Of a stretch of DNA of 64,000 nt, positions 9,644 to 19,901 are shown piece after piece. The translations under genes and the position numbers were made by a program. The stretch lies in the IMG/VR virus record IMGVR_UViG_3300035670_000027, one strand, 5' to 3'. The notes beneath the pieces are model-generated. The model was not told where the DNA came from. It ran no database searches and was given only the letters and a program-made list of their open reading frames with translations. This stretch comes from a virus. Every line of letters begins with the position of its first letter. Within the stretch, counting starts at the first letter, position 1.

Positions 9644-10307
9644 TGCGATCCTTTAGATATTTTGTTGTCAGTCGTTGCGACATTTCAGCACAATGATCAT
9701 CGTTGCGACCGTGAATGATGCCGTACATATAACATGCGGCAAAGTAATCACCAGCACCAAGCACATTCACACCAGTTAGATATTGGCTTGCGTTTGAATA
9801 GTGTGCGATTTGTTCGCCTGCTTTGAAGACTGTCGTTTCTTTTGGTCCATGAACCACAAGTCTACGATTGAATTCTTTTGGAATGAGATGAATCTGATCT
9901 TCTGCAACAAAAAGAAAATCAAATTCGTTTGCAATCTCAAGTGCAAGTGGTGTGCCTTCATTCTCTTTTGTTGTGCATACATCTGCCGTCTTCACACCTT
10001 TTAATGCTCTCACAAGACCCGGACTATCTAATTCGTTTACATATGCAACATGCGATAACTTCGCCTCAACTGCTTCACCAAGAAACAATTCAAAGCGATT
10101 AAGATTTGAATAATTGTCTTTCTTGTCGTTTTCAATGACGATTTTAGATTCGCCAATGTGCAATGGGCATGTGTAGATGTTCAGTCGCTTGTCAATTTCT
10201 TTCAATGCACGCCATACATTTGCGATACCGCCAATGTTGGTAGAAAGATAACCATCGTGATATACTTCGTCAAAAGTTAAATGACCATAAAGTGCAAAGT
10301 CATACAT
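9630..10307 (-). CDS. PfkB/ribokinase-family carbohydrate kinase
   Basis: NVLGAGDYFAACY PfkB signature; N-terminal GG motif. Confidence 0.7.
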   Translation of the reverse strand: MYDFALYGHLTFDEVYHDGYLSTNIGGIANVWRALKEIDKRLNIYTCPLHIGESKIVIENDKKDNYSNLNRFELFLGEAVEAKLSHVAYVNELDSPGLVRALKGVKTADVCTTKENEGTPLALEIANEFDFLFVAEDQIHLIPKEFNRRLVVHGPKETTVFKAGEQIAHYSNASQYLTGVNVLGAGDYFAACYMYGIIHGRNDDHCAEMSQRLTTKYLKDRNEKA

Positions 10308-10846
10308 TAAAATTTTTCCTTTCGATCCAATTCATATACTTTTTCTAAGTGTTCGTTAAAGTCATACTCTGGCAACATGTTTCGATTACGCATCCAGTCA
10401 AATAAGTCCATCACAAAATTCTGTCCACCCATACCGAAAGAAGTAGTAGCAATCTTTCTCACTTCGCCGGGCGCATCTGCTGGACAAAATGCATAGTGAA
10501 CTGCCTTCATGATTCTTGCATCAAAGATATCATCACCAGCATATGCAACTTCAGAAGGTGCAACTTCGTATTCAATACAAATGTCTGCCAAGAATTCTAC
10601 TTTATCTCTATGTTCTCCATCCGATGAACGATTGACATAAACATCAATGTTTCTATTCTCTGCTATTGTAACATTGAATGGGTCACCTGTCAAGAAGATA
10701 ACATTGATACCTAATGCACGAAAACGCTTAATGGCAGTCCAATCTTTATCGCAGAATGTTTTCATGCGAACATTGCCTTCACGATCATAGTATTTCTTAC
10801 CATCGGTAAGAACACCATCAACATCTAGAATCAATAATTTAATCAT
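10307..10846 (-). CDS. KdsC-like HAD phosphatase
   Basis: LILDVDGVLTDG, K.F..KD, YAGDDIFD, CPADA. Confidence 0.8.
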   Translation of the reverse strand: MIKLLILDVDGVLTDGKKYYDREGNVRMKTFCDKDWTAIKRFRALGINVIFLTGDPFNVTIAENRNIDVYVNRSSDGEHRDKVEFLADICIEYEVAPSEVAYAGDDIFDARIMKAVHYAFCPADAPGEVRKIATTSFGMGGQNFVMDLFDWMRNRNMLPEYDFNEHLEKVYELDRKEKF

Positions 10847-11573
10847 CGTCACCCCAATATTCTGAATATGCTTCTCCCACATGGTAGTGGTACTCTTCTA
10901 GTCCATGCTTCGGCCATGCCAAACTTACTCTTGGAAATGGAACAAAGACTTGATTGCGAATGCGAAAGTCTTTTGTCAATGCTTCATTTCGTCTTGGCGC
11001 ACGATCAACTGTAAACTCTAATGGATTATCTATATGCTCTCTAATGCTTTCGTCAAATCTTGCGTAGTAGAATTGCCCAATGTAAGTTTCTGCTCTTGTT
11101 TTATAATTGTAGTTTTGATCCATACCACGATCAATATCAAACGGTATGTCAAAAACATTTTTCACATCTTCAGTTCTACCCCAAAAAACATGGTCTCTTG
11201 GATGATATGGAAACAAACGATACATTCCCATAACAAATACTTTACCGTCTTCATGTCGCTTCAACCAATAGTCGTACATTCTTTGCATGTCACGAATCAA
11301 TTGATCAGTACGCATCTTAACACAATAGTTACCTTCTGTCAATGCAAGACCATTGCGGCTTGTGTTAATCTGTAGATTACGATTGCCAGTGCCTCTTGGT
11401 TCTATAACATCATTCAGAACCAATTCAACTTCGTTTGGTATTTCATGACAAATGCCAGCCTCATAAGTGGAAAGAATAATTCTTTCCACAAATGGAAGTT
11501 TAGAGTACTCTTCAATAATTGTTTTCGTTATTGGTGAGTACTCACCTTGAAGTACCAACTCAAACTTTTTCAA
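10839..11573 (-). CDS. WavE-like glycan synthesis protein
   Basis: LVLQG, IILST, N.NLQI.TS.NGL, YCVKMRTD, DHVFWG, AE.YIG motifs; probable TTG start. Confidence 0.65.
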   Translation of the reverse strand: MKKFELVLQGEYSPITKTIIEEYSKLPFVERIILSTYEAGICHEIPNEVELVLNDVIEPRGTGNRNLQINTSRNGLALTEGNYCVKMRTDQLIRDMQRMYDYWLKRHEDGKVFVMGMYRLFPYHPRDHVFWGRTEDVKNVFDIPFDIDRGMDQNYNYKTRAETYIGQFYYARFDESIREHIDNPLEFTVDRAPRRNEALTKDFRIRNQVFVPFPRVSLAWPKHGLEEYHYHVGEAYSEYWGDDD

Positions 11574-12483
11574 TGATGCTCTCGTAGTGTTCAATGAACT
11601 TTTCTGGATTCCATGTATTATAGAATTCGCTAAAAGGTTCGATTCCGCCAGCGAGTATTTGCTTGATGGATACTTTGTTGAGGTCGTTAAAATCTCTTCG
11701 TACATGTGACAAGAATGATGATTCATTCACTCCAAAAGGTTTCTTACACTCAATTGCACGATCAATTGAACCACTTACACCAGGTACATTTGGTGTTTCA
11801 TACCAATAAAGATTAATGTCGTTTTCGTTTAGCCATGATACTAATTCTTTCTTGTCTAAGAATGCTCTCGTTACTTGCACTCTTACATTTGGATTTGCTC
11901 TACGCTTTACGATGTTTGTTAAGTCTTCAGATAGTCTGCCTGAAGGATCAACAAACTTGCCATCTGATACATGAAGATTGAGAATGACCTCTTCAGTAAA
12001 CTGTTCATTGATGAGATTGATAATCTGCGGTAGATTCTTTGTGCGATTACCGATTCCACTCGTACCAATCTTAACAACACCTTTAGGTGCGGTGTAATCG
12101 ATGTTTTCATAATACTTAACTGGTGGCATACCATTGTATTCATTTTCTGAAACTTCTGCATATGGATCAGTTACAATGTACGCATCTGCACCAGTAAACT
12201 TGTTTTTGTGTTCGTGACCATAGATTACAATCTGTTTGACTACACCATCATTATGCAATGGTCGAGTGATACCACTTGATAACCAATTCAATGTGTGTGG
12301 ATGATGATTGTAAATCACCACATCATAGTCACGCACTCGGCGCATAAATTCTTCTGAATTATCTGTTGGCAGAAAATCGTATTGATTCTTTGTCGAATGC
12401 TTGAGAATGTTATATGCCGCCCATGCATATTGATAGATGCCGCATTCAACTTCTGGTCCTGTTACAATAAGTATTTTTTTCAT
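11560..12483 (-). CDS. Putative glycosyltransferase (GT-B-like)
   Basis: CGIYQY N-terminal motif, G.SGSIDRA...KPF; lies in the sugar cluster. Confidence 0.5.
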   Translation of the reverse strand: MKKILIVTGPEVECGIYQYAWAAYNILKHSTKNQYDFLPTDNSEEFMRRVRDYDVVIYNHHPHTLNWLSSGITRPLHNDGVVKQIVIYGHEHKNKFTGADAYIVTDPYAEVSENEYNGMPPVKYYENIDYTAPKGVVKIGTSGIGNRTKNLPQIINLINEQFTEEVILNLHVSDGKFVDPSGRLSEDLTNIVKRRANPNVRVQVTRAFLDKKELVSWLNENDINLYWYETPNVPGVSGSIDRAIECKKPFGVNESSFLSHVRRDFNDLNKVSIKQILAGGIEPFSEFYNTWNPEKFIEHYESIIEKV

Positions 12484-13418
12484 ATGTAATAAAATCTCGT
12501 AGGTTTTTCGATGTTTTCGTATTTAGGATTCTGAATAATATCTCTAATGATTTTTGTTGCATCATTGTCATCTGTGGTGTCATTGAAATGAGAGTTACAA
12601 AGATACTCACCTTCGCCAAGCAAGCAATCTTTCATCTTGTGACTGAAGCACATGAATGTTTTCTTATAGTCATTGATGTTATCTTTCACATGTGCATAGG
12701 TAAATGGACCACTATTCTTACCAATAATCAATTCTGCTTTTGTGCTGATATAAGACAACTGATTGAGAAAGCCGCTTTCATGTGTGCATACAGTTAGATT
12801 GGGTGCTTCAAAGTCTACAGGGTCAGTCGCATAGAATTCAATGTCTTTAAACTCTTCGATAAGGTTACGAATGATGTTTCGCATGTCGCCCATGCTACTC
12901 TGTTCGCTTTGTTGTTTACCATTTGAAAAGAAAACCAAACGCTTGCCTTCTATTCGCTTGAGATATTCTTCTGGCTCACTCATATCAAAAGACTTCCAAC
13001 GAATAGTGGGCAAATAATACTTGTAGTCACCTTTCATTTGCACACCAAGTGCATCATAAAATCTACTCCACATCTTGTGAAGCAAATAAAAGTTTGCATG
13101 ATCTTTCTCACCCATCAATGCGTCTTCACCAAATATCCAACAACCAACCCATGTATTGACGAATGCAACTTTACCATCTTGAGTAGTTGCCATACGCATA
13201 GGCATCGGAAACTGTGGTATTGAATCTAAGCGAGTGTGCTTCAGTACAAGATCAGCAATGATGCTAGGATGATTGTTATGTGCAAACTCAAAATCTATGA
13301 TAGGATATTGATTGACAATATCCCGCACATATTCTTTTGGCAAAAAGCAATCGCCATTTCGCCATTGATTGTAGAAAACTACTTTGTGAAATTTCATATC
13401 AGTTTGAAGTCTGGACAA
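12480..13418 (-). CDS. Putative glycosyltransferase (GT9-like)
   Basis: NGDCF N-terminal motif and LIIGKNSGP motif resembling GT9 DSG. Confidence 0.5.
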   Translation of the reverse strand: MSRLQTDMKFHKVVFYNQWRNGDCFLPKEYVRDIVNQYPIIDFEFAHNNHPSIIADLVLKHTRLDSIPQFPMPMRMATTQDGKVAFVNTWVGCWIFGEDALMGEKDHANFYLLHKMWSRFYDALGVQMKGDYKYYLPTIRWKSFDMSEPEEYLKRIEGKRLVFFSNGKQQSEQSSMGDMRNIIRNLIEEFKDIEFYATDPVDFEAPNLTVCTHESGFLNQLSYISTKAELIIGKNSGPFTYAHVKDNINDYKKTFMCFSHKMKDCLLGEGEYLCNSHFNDTTDDNDATKIIRDIIQNPKYENIEKPTRFYYI

Positions 13419-14638
13419 GGTACGATAAACGAACCGCCGTTGTCTAAGAATGATTTCTCTCTGTTCACAAATTCGTTAATGAAGTGCCATGGTAGAACCA
13501 AAGCAAAGTCTGGTCTTGCTTTACGCATCTCATCTTCGCTAATGATTGGAATGTCTGTACCAATTGTCTTCAAACCAAACTTGTATGGGCTTCGCTCTGC
13601 AATCGCATTCACATCATCATGCGTTAGATTAAAGTATTGTAGCAAGGTGTTGCCTTTTGTGCTTGCGCCATAGCCATAGATTGTCTTGCCAACTGCTTTC
13701 TGTTCACGAATGAAACGAACAACTTTTGATCGCAATTCATCTAAGCGAATCTGAAACTCCCACCAAACTCTTGGATTTGAAATGTCGAGTACATTCTTTT
13801 CATAGTTCATAATTGTGTTCACACGATAATCACAAACATCACGCAAAGGTGCAGTAGCAAAACTGTCTTTATTTGCAACTGTCTTGCGTAGATAGATTCT
13901 GAAACTACCACCATTGGTGTCATTCAATGAACAATCAACAACTTGAAATCCATGCATGTCGAAAAGTTTTTCAATGCTCTTTAGATCGTAGTAGTAAACA
14001 TGTTCGTGGCAGATATTGTCAAATGCCATTTGCTTGACCATGAGTGGTGTGTAACTCATCTGCAAAACAAGAAGACCATTGTCATCAAGTACGCTATACA
14101 AGTCTTCTACGAATGGATGTGGATTGTCGAGGTCATAGAACATGGCAATGCATGTAATGACTTTTGCTTTCTTGTTGCCTACTGAAGTTCGCTTCCATGC
14201 ATCTAGACTGAAGTAATCTTGAATGACTTCTGCAACTTGTGAAGATTCTTTGTGATAAGAATTGTCTGCTGGATCAATACCAACTTTCTTGAGATTGCTT
14301 GGTACTGCTTTGAGTAGAGTGCCATCGTTACATGCAATGTCAAGCCAAATGTCATCGTCTTTGAGTTTGAATCGAGAAGTAATCTCTGCGACAATGCCTT
14401 GAAGTTCAACTGTCATACTTGTATTGATACCGCTACGATACCAATATTGACCCCACATTGTTTCTGGTGGTGCCAAATCTTTCAATCGTGGTGCGCCAAG
14501 TTCTTCATCAAGATACAAATCAAGACTGTATTTCTTTCTGCCTTCGTAATCATTCTGTGACTTAATGAAGTCACTTACATAATGATCACCCATGTCTAAA
14601 AGTTTAATCATATCATTCTCCATGCGATTTTTCTTCAA
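13394..14638 (-). CDS. NDP-hexose C-methyltransferase family protein
   Basis: YWYRSG.N..M, LDIACNDGTLL, FDNICHEH..YY, GYGASTKGNTLLQ, LPWHF..E. Confidence 0.85.
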   Translation of the reverse strand: MKKNRMENDMIKLLDMGDHYVSDFIKSQNDYEGRKKYSLDLYLDEELGAPRLKDLAPPETMWGQYWYRSGINTSMTVELQGIVAEITSRFKLKDDDIWLDIACNDGTLLKAVPSNLKKVGIDPADNSYHKESSQVAEVIQDYFSLDAWKRTSVGNKKAKVITCIAMFYDLDNPHPFVEDLYSVLDDNGLLVLQMSYTPLMVKQMAFDNICHEHVYYYDLKSIEKLFDMHGFQVVDCSLNDTNGGSFRIYLRKTVANKDSFATAPLRDVCDYRVNTIMNYEKNVLDISNPRVWWEFQIRLDELRSKVVRFIREQKAVGKTIYGYGASTKGNTLLQYFNLTHDDVNAIAERSPYKFGLKTIGTDIPIISEDEMRKARPDFALVLPWHFINEFVNREKSFLDNGGSFIVPCPDFKLI

Positions 14639-15026
14639 CTAATTCAGATCCAAATTTCAAGTTCAATTCTTTTTTGATGCGACTTCTCTCATCGTTTGTT
14701 TTATATATGTGTCTTGCACATGAGATAAAAACCTCATCAAATGATTCTGCTTTCTCACACTTGCGAATGTCATCTTCAAGCACCCATAACTTTTGATTCA
14801 CCACAAATAGTTCATTGATGTATTTACCAATTTGTGGTTTCAAGTCTTGATAGATTGGCTCTGAGGTAAGCAACTCATATTCCTTTTTTACATTCTTTAA
14901 CTTTTCTTCATCTTTGATCTCTAGTAATTTTATCTGAAGAATAGTGATTTTGTCAATGAGTTCGCCTACACTTACTGGTATAACTGGGACATATTTCATC
15001 TTCTCATAATGTCCGTTTCCGAACAT
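14613..15026 (-). CDS. Conserved hypothetical protein (DUF6165-like)
   Basis: PVSVGELIDKITIL.IK, N..LW.LED.IR, AR.IY.TND.R..IK..LN...GS.LVEEKS. Confidence 0.7.
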   Translation of the reverse strand: MFGNGHYEKMKYVPVIPVSVGELIDKITILQIKLLEIKDEEKLKNVKKEYELLTSEPIYQDLKPQIGKYINELFVVNQKLWVLEDDIRKCEKAESFDEVFISCARHIYKTNDERSRIKKELNLKFGSELVEEKSHGE

Positions 15027-15763
15027 TCCTCTCCGTATTGAAGTTCAATCAAACGCAATGGTTCTTTTGTTTCATTTACTAAACGATGCCAACTCTCTCT
15101 TGGTATCCAAATGTCTTGATGTTGACCAAAGACACCAATCATGATTTCTTTACCAGTACTGTCGAGTGTATAGACTGTAGCATAACCTTCAGCAACAAAC
15201 CAAAACTCTGCTCTTCTCTCATGCTTTTGCATACTCAGAGTTTTACCTGATTCGACCACAAGTTCTTTTGCTTTGAATGTCTTACCAGTTTCGTGAATCA
15301 CACGATAATGACCCCACACACGATCAGTTCTTGGTGCTTTCCATTCGTCAAGAATCCAGCGGCTACTGTTACGCTTATCATTACCGCCAACACCAAACTC
15401 AAAAGTTACTCTTGGATTATTTTTGAAGTGTACCTGTTCTGGCACATTTGTATGATCACGATCACCACCATTTACGAAAACGATTTCGTCTTCTGGATAC
15501 TCATCAAGCAATTTCTGAATGCAATGAATGCTATTGTTTGTGTCATCATTGAAGTCAACAACTTGATGCACCATGCTTAGATTTGAGATGATTGAATATC
15601 TCTCACCCCAAGGCATGAATGCACGACCTTTCTTTCTTGTTAGCCAATCATCGCTATTGATACCGACAATTAGAATATCACCATAAGTTCTTGCGGCTTT
15701 GAAATACTCAATATGACCGCTATGTAGAGGATCAAACCCTCCAGTCGCTAAGGCTATCTTCAT
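14996..15763 (-). CDS. Cytidylyltransferase fused to mannose-6-phosphate isomerase-type cupin
   Basis: [26 protein letters not shown]; C-terminal [25 protein letters not shown]. Confidence 0.85.
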   Translation of the reverse strand: MKIALATGGFDPLHSGHIEYFKAARTYGDILIVGINSDDWLTRKKGRAFMPWGERYSIISNLSMVHQVVDFNDDTNNSIHCIQKLLDEYPEDEIVFVNGGDRDHTNVPEQVHFKNNPRVTFEFGVGGNDKRNSSRWILDEWKAPRTDRVWGHYRVIHETGKTFKAKELVVESGKTLSMQKHERRAEFWFVAEGYATVYTLDSTGKEIMIGVFGQHQDIWIPRESWHRLVNETKEPLRLIELQYGEECSETDIMRR

Positions 15764-16817
15764 AGAAATTTAATCCTGCTTTTTCGTATTCATCTTCACA
15801 CATCTCAACAACCAAGTTTCTAAAACTGTACTCTGGTTGCCAACCCAATTTAGTTCTTGCTTTCGTACTGTCGCCAAGAAGAGTTTGAACCTCTGCTGGT
15901 CGATAGAATTCCTCAGCAACTTCAATTAGAATTCTTCCATCGTCATCGCATCGACCAATCTCATTCAGCCCTTCGCCTTCCCACTTAATCTTGAATCCTA
16001 TGTAGTTTGCAACAAGTTCACAAAACTCACGAACAGAATGTTGTTCACCTGTAGCAATCACATAGTCATCTGGTTTGTCTTCTTGAACCATTAGCCACAT
16101 TGCACGAACATAATCTTTTGCATGACCCCAATCACGCAATGCATCTAGATTACCCAAACGCAAACGCACACTTTGATCTGAAGACCAGAATGCATTGATT
16201 AAGTCTTGTACAATTTTTCTTGTGACAAACTCTGGACCTCTGCGTGGAGATTCATGATTGAAGAGAATGCCATTTGATGCATGAATGCCGTAGCCTTCAC
16301 GATAATTGACTGTGATCCAATACGCATAGAGTTTGGCAACTGCATATGGTGATCTTGGATAGAATGGTGTGGTTTCTTTTTGTGGAGTTTCTTGCACAAG
16401 CCCGTAGAGTTCGCTTGTAGATGCTTGATAGAATTTTACTTGTTTCTCTTTGTTGAGTTCACGAATTGCTTCAAGCATGTACAAAACACCCATTGCGTTC
16501 ACTTCGCCAGTAAACGCTGGAACCTGAAAACTTACACCAACATGACTTTGAGCCGCAAGATTGTAGACCTCATCAGGCTTGATACGCATGATGATATTCT
16601 GTAGATTAGCAGAATCACTTAAATCACTATAATGCAACTTAAGATCATTTTTAATGTGATCGATGTTTGTTGTATTGATTCCGTTGCTTGCTCTACGCAC
16701 AAGCCCGTGAACCTCATAACCTTTTTGCAGTAGAAGTTCAGCAAGATAACTTCCATCCTGACCTGTCACGCCAGTAATAAGTGCAGTTTTAGACATAATA
16801 TTTTTTCTCCAGTCCAA
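15732..16817 (-). CDS. gmd: GDP-mannose 4,6-dehydratase
   Basis: [56 protein letters not shown]. Confidence 0.95.
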   Translation of the reverse strand: MDWRKNIMSKTALITGVTGQDGSYLAELLLQKGYEVHGLVRRASNGINTTNIDHIKNDLKLHYSDLSDSANLQNIIMRIKPDEVYNLAAQSHVGVSFQVPAFTGEVNAMGVLYMLEAIRELNKEKQVKFYQASTSELYGLVQETPQKETTPFYPRSPYAVAKLYAYWITVNYREGYGIHASNGILFNHESPRRGPEFVTRKIVQDLINAFWSSDQSVRLRLGNLDALRDWGHAKDYVRAMWLMVQEDKPDDYVIATGEQHSVREFCELVANYIGFKIKWEGEGLNEIGRCDDDGRILIEVAEEFYRPAEVQTLLGDSTKARTKLGWQPEYSFRNLVVEMCEDEYEKAGLNFYEDSLSDWRV

Positions 16818-17223
16818 GAAGAATGTTCATCACATCGTCTTCTTTCATTGTAGTATCATAAACTCTATCTTCAAGTGGTAGAATGTCCCAGTAGTCGCCT
16901 ACAACATCATACCAAGCATACAGACACACCTCTTCTTTGGGTCTATGAATAAGAGCCCAAGGTGTTAAATCGTGTTCGGGAAATTGAAACTCTTCGGTGA
17001 GAGAATCTTTGTGAATGAAGATAGCATACGATTCCATATCTGTATTGCCACCTTCAATGTATTCTTCTTCGGTGTCGAGGTCGCCAAAGCCGTCAAAGAT
17101 AATTTTGACTTCGGGAATGTCTGAGATGTTTTCGCCAATTCGCAAATCATCTGAATCACGCCACATTGAGTTCAATAGATGTTTGATGCATCGTTCATAG
17201 TCTTCGTAATTATAATCATTCAT
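16789..17223 (-). CDS. Hypothetical acidic protein
   Basis: 144-aa ORF with SD (AAGGA). Confidence 0.6.
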   Translation of the reverse strand: MNDYNYEDYERCIKHLLNSMWRDSDDLRIGENISDIPEVKIIFDGFGDLDTEEEYIEGGNTDMESYAIFIHKDSLTEEFQFPEHDLTPWALIHRPKEEVCLYAWYDVVGDYWDILPLEDRVYDTTMKEDDVMNILLGLEKKYYV

Positions 17224-17278
17224 AATTCATCCTTTATAGTAGCCAGTTGATTAGAGTTCAACTGGCAAAACTCTAATC

Positions 17279-17491
17279 TTATTGCTTATCTATAAAAGTT
17301 TTTAGAACCTCTGCTTCGTTCAGAATTTCTTTAGTGCTTGGAAACTCTGGCACTTCAGTTAGAGAAAGTTTCTCTTCTGCAATGTCTGCGTTTCTTCGTG
17401 CAACTTCAAATTTCTGATAATAGCGTTGGGTCAATTGATCCTGTGCCATCTTCAAAAGTTCAAGACGAATTTCATATGGTGTTTTAGTCAT
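17279..17491 (-). CDS. Conserved phage hypothetical protein (MTKTPYEIRLELLKMA)
   Basis: AAGGAG SD upstream of ATG 17491. Confidence 0.65.
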   Translation of the reverse strand: MTKTPYEIRLELLKMAQDQLTQRYYQKFEVARRNADIAEEKLSLTEVPEFPSTKEILNEAEVLKTFIDKQ

Positions 17492-17523
17492 AGTAATACT
17501 CCTTTTTGTGTGTGTGATAAAAA

Positions 17524-17850
17524 TGGTAGGTGATTGGGTAATAAGGTCCACCTACCGAAACCCCAGGAGGTTACGCCGCTAGGCGATATTCTCCAAAGTC
17601 TGCATCGTTTGCATTTACTCTTTTTGCTTCTACGGCCAGGTTGTCCTAACCCTACGGCTTTCGCATTGCCGGATCGTCCATTTCACTACTCTTTATCCTG
17701 TCGAAACCAGGTCACCCCCATCAGAAGCATACTGGCAACACCGACCATAAAGGTTCTCTTTACGATGTTTACAGTCCAATATGCTTTTGGTGGAGGTGGG
17801 CGGAATCGAACCGCCGTCCAGAACACCTTTCGATCTACTTCATACGATCA
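17524..17850 (-). ncRNA. ssrA: Circularly permuted (two-piece) tmRNA
   Basis: Acceptor piece ends GGTTCGATTCCGCC-CACCTCC-ACCA at 17788. An intervening hairpin follows, then the coding piece starting GGGGGTGACCTGGTTTCGAC at 17719 (G3.U70 pair). Tag ORF 17612-17571 reads ANDADFGEYRLAA*. Outer boundaries approximate. Confidence 0.93.
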
Positions 17851-17855
17851 TACTT

Positions 17856-18638
17856 TTATTTATAACGCAATAGCGTATCCGATACTGCAAATTCGGCAGG
17901 CTTCATCGGAAAATACTTCATCATCTTATCAACATTCAATACGCAATTGCTTCGTGGTGCGGTAGTAATTGACTTAAACTCTTCTTCCGTCATCCACTCT
18001 TTTTCAATACCCATCTTTGCTACAATTTGTTTACCAGTAATGCCACCTGGATTGCATACATTGTAAATACCAAATGGTGGTTTTGTTACAATAAAATGTG
18101 CGACACACTTTGCCAACTCTTCAACTTGCGTAATGCTATTCTCAAAACTGATTAGTTTACTATACAGTTCAAACTTTGTCAAGAGATTCTTTGGCGTTCG
18201 ATCAGGACCAAACGGCATCCGAATTCGAAATAGGTAAGAATTGTTAAGGTGTGGTTTGAGTAGTTCTTGCTCTAAGCCTTTACATGCGCTATAGAATGAT
18301 GCATTGTTAAAGGTGAAATTGGGTGCATCTTCTTCGGTCCAGCCACCGTCTTTGTAGCCAGTATAGATGCAACCACTAGAGATATGAAGAATAGGAATCT
18401 CATTTGCCCTCTTTTCTAGTTCCAATGGAAACAAAACATTGCCTTGCACACATTCATCTTTATAGATTTCACATGCATCAACATTTGGTACGCCAGTAAA
18501 ACCTGCGGCATTTACAATAAACTTTGTGTCTTTTGGTAGTGCATCATCGTGTCGAATATGGTTGTATTTCATTCCATATTCATCAAAATATTTTACAATA
18601 TAGCCAGCAACATATCCATGACCAATCAAAGTAATCAT
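17856..18638 (-). CDS. NAD-dependent epimerase/reductase (RmlD-like)
   Basis: LIGHGYVA, NAAGFTG.PNVDACE, HISSGCIY, SFYS..K, RIRMP. Confidence 0.85.
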   Translation of the reverse strand: MITLIGHGYVAGYIVKYFDEYGMKYNHIRHDDALPKDTKFIVNAAGFTGVPNVDACEIYKDECVQGNVLFPLELEKRANEIPILHISSGCIYTGYKDGGWTEEDAPNFTFNNASFYSACKGLEQELLKPHLNNSYLFRIRMPFGPDRTPKNLLTKFELYSKLISFENSITQVEELAKCVAHFIVTKPPFGIYNVCNPGGITGKQIVAKMGIEKEWMTEEEFKSITTAPRSNCVLNVDKMMKYFPMKPAEFAVSDTLLRYK

Positions 18639-18931
18639 TGCACCACCTCGTCTTTGTCAAAAATATTAGACCACATGCCAAGTCGATTTCGCTTGTGTAA
18701 TTCTGCTTTGTAGATTTCGTCTTCAGTTATGATGCCAAACTGCTTGATTAAATTAATCATGCATTGAAGGTCGCCAAGTTCACTTGCAAGTCTCTGCTTG
18801 TTTGACTGCCCTTCGTAAACTTCATCAATACCAAATCGAAAAATCTTGCTAATCGATTGAACCACTTCAGCACATTCTTCTTGCGTAATTCTTAACACTT
18901 CGCTTTGCTTCTCATTCATAATCATCTCCAA
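18635..18931 (-). CDS. MazG-like NTP pyrophosphohydrolase
   Basis: QEECAEVVQ.ISK..RFG...L.SELGDL. Confidence 0.7.
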   Translation of the reverse strand: MEMIMNEKQSEVLRITQEECAEVVQSISKIFRFGIDEVYEGQSNKQRLASELGDLQCMINLIKQFGIITEDEIYKAELHKRNRLGMWSNIFDKDEVVQ

Positions 18932-19216
18932 TTAACTTTTCTTAGGAACATCTCCAGTACTCAAAATACATGATATGCTACCGTCTGCCGAGGTTGTTAT
19001 AATCGTAAAAGTTCCAGTCTCTTTATTCTCCCAAACAGATACGACCTCTTCATCTTTTGTCACGCCAATGAAACCTGGTTTTTCTCCGTACTTATTTACC
19101 ATAACATTCACTACGCTTTGTGTATCCGAACAAACTGTCATAAATGATCTGGGAATGACAACTTGTGCCAATGCAAAAGATGGCAACAATGCCAAGAGTA
19201 AAATTAGTTTTTTCAT
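18932..19216 (-). CDS. Secreted hypothetical protein
   Basis: Signal peptide, two Cys. Confidence 0.6.
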   Translation of the reverse strand: MKKLILLLALLPSFALAQVVIPRSFMTVCSDTQSVVNVMVNKYGEKPGFIGVTKDEEVVSVWENKETGTFTIITTSADGSISCILSTGDVPKKS

Positions 19217-19229
19217 GATTAGTCCTATT

Positions 19230-19901
19230 CTAATCGATTAAAACTTGTTTGTCAAGTTCGTCATACTTCTTTCGATACTCAATAAACTGTTCGATGTATG
19301 TATCACGCTTCTTTACAAACAACTGAGGTTGATCACCTTCAACTGCGACTAGAATGGCAATTCGTGGAATGGCAATGCCAGTTCGCTCTTCAAACATAAC
19401 TGCGTATGCTGAACATTGCATAAAATAATTTAGAATGAAATCTTCGTTCTTTGGTTTGCTTGCAGTCTTAAAGTCTACGATAGCAGGCTTGCCATCAAAC
19501 ATTGCAACACAATCTGTTCTTCCAGCAACTTTTAGATGATCTGAATATAGTGGGCTTTCAATACCATACACCACACCAATGTACTTATCGATGAATGGTT
19601 GAATTTGTTTGAAGAGTGCGACTGAGTTCGGTAGATGTGTGTTTAGATGAAGTTCATTGTTCAAATAATCTTCGCACATCTTGTGGACTTTGGTTCCACG
19701 ATTTGCCGCTTTGCCTGATATCTTATTTGCTTCTGCTTCGCCCACACGCTTGCGCCAGGCAATGATTGCATCTTTACTATGAAGACCTGTGATTGTGGTT
19801 ACGGAAGGATAGAGTTCGCCAGATGGGGTGCGATACAATCGCTTGCCATCAAGGTTGGTAGATTCTAAGTTTTCTAATTCTATCTTTTCGTGTATAAACA
19901 T
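19230..19901 (-). CDS. PD-(D/E)XK exonuclease
   Basis: YPSVTT, WRKRVG, RGT.VH, AGRTDC, IVDFKT, YFMQ..AYA. Confidence 0.85.
   Translation of the reverse strand: MFIHEKIELENLESTNLDGKRLYRTPSGELYPSVTTITGLHSKDAIIAWRKRVGEAEANKISGKAANRGTKVHKMCEDYLNNELHLNTHLPNSVALFKQIQPFIDKYIGVVYGIESPLYSDHLKVAGRTDCVAMFDGKPAIVDFKTASKPKNEDFILNYFMQCSAYAVMFEERTGIAIPRIAILVAVEGDQPQLFVKKRDTYIEQFIEYRKKYDELDKQVLID

Noticed and set aside
17534-17965. 143-aa + strand ORF
   Set aside because: Antisense to the tmRNA gene; no protein features.
19230-19901. Cas4 suggesting a CRISPR system
   Set aside because: Common T4-like PD-(D/E)XK exonuclease next to phoH, without the Cas4 Cys cluster or an array.
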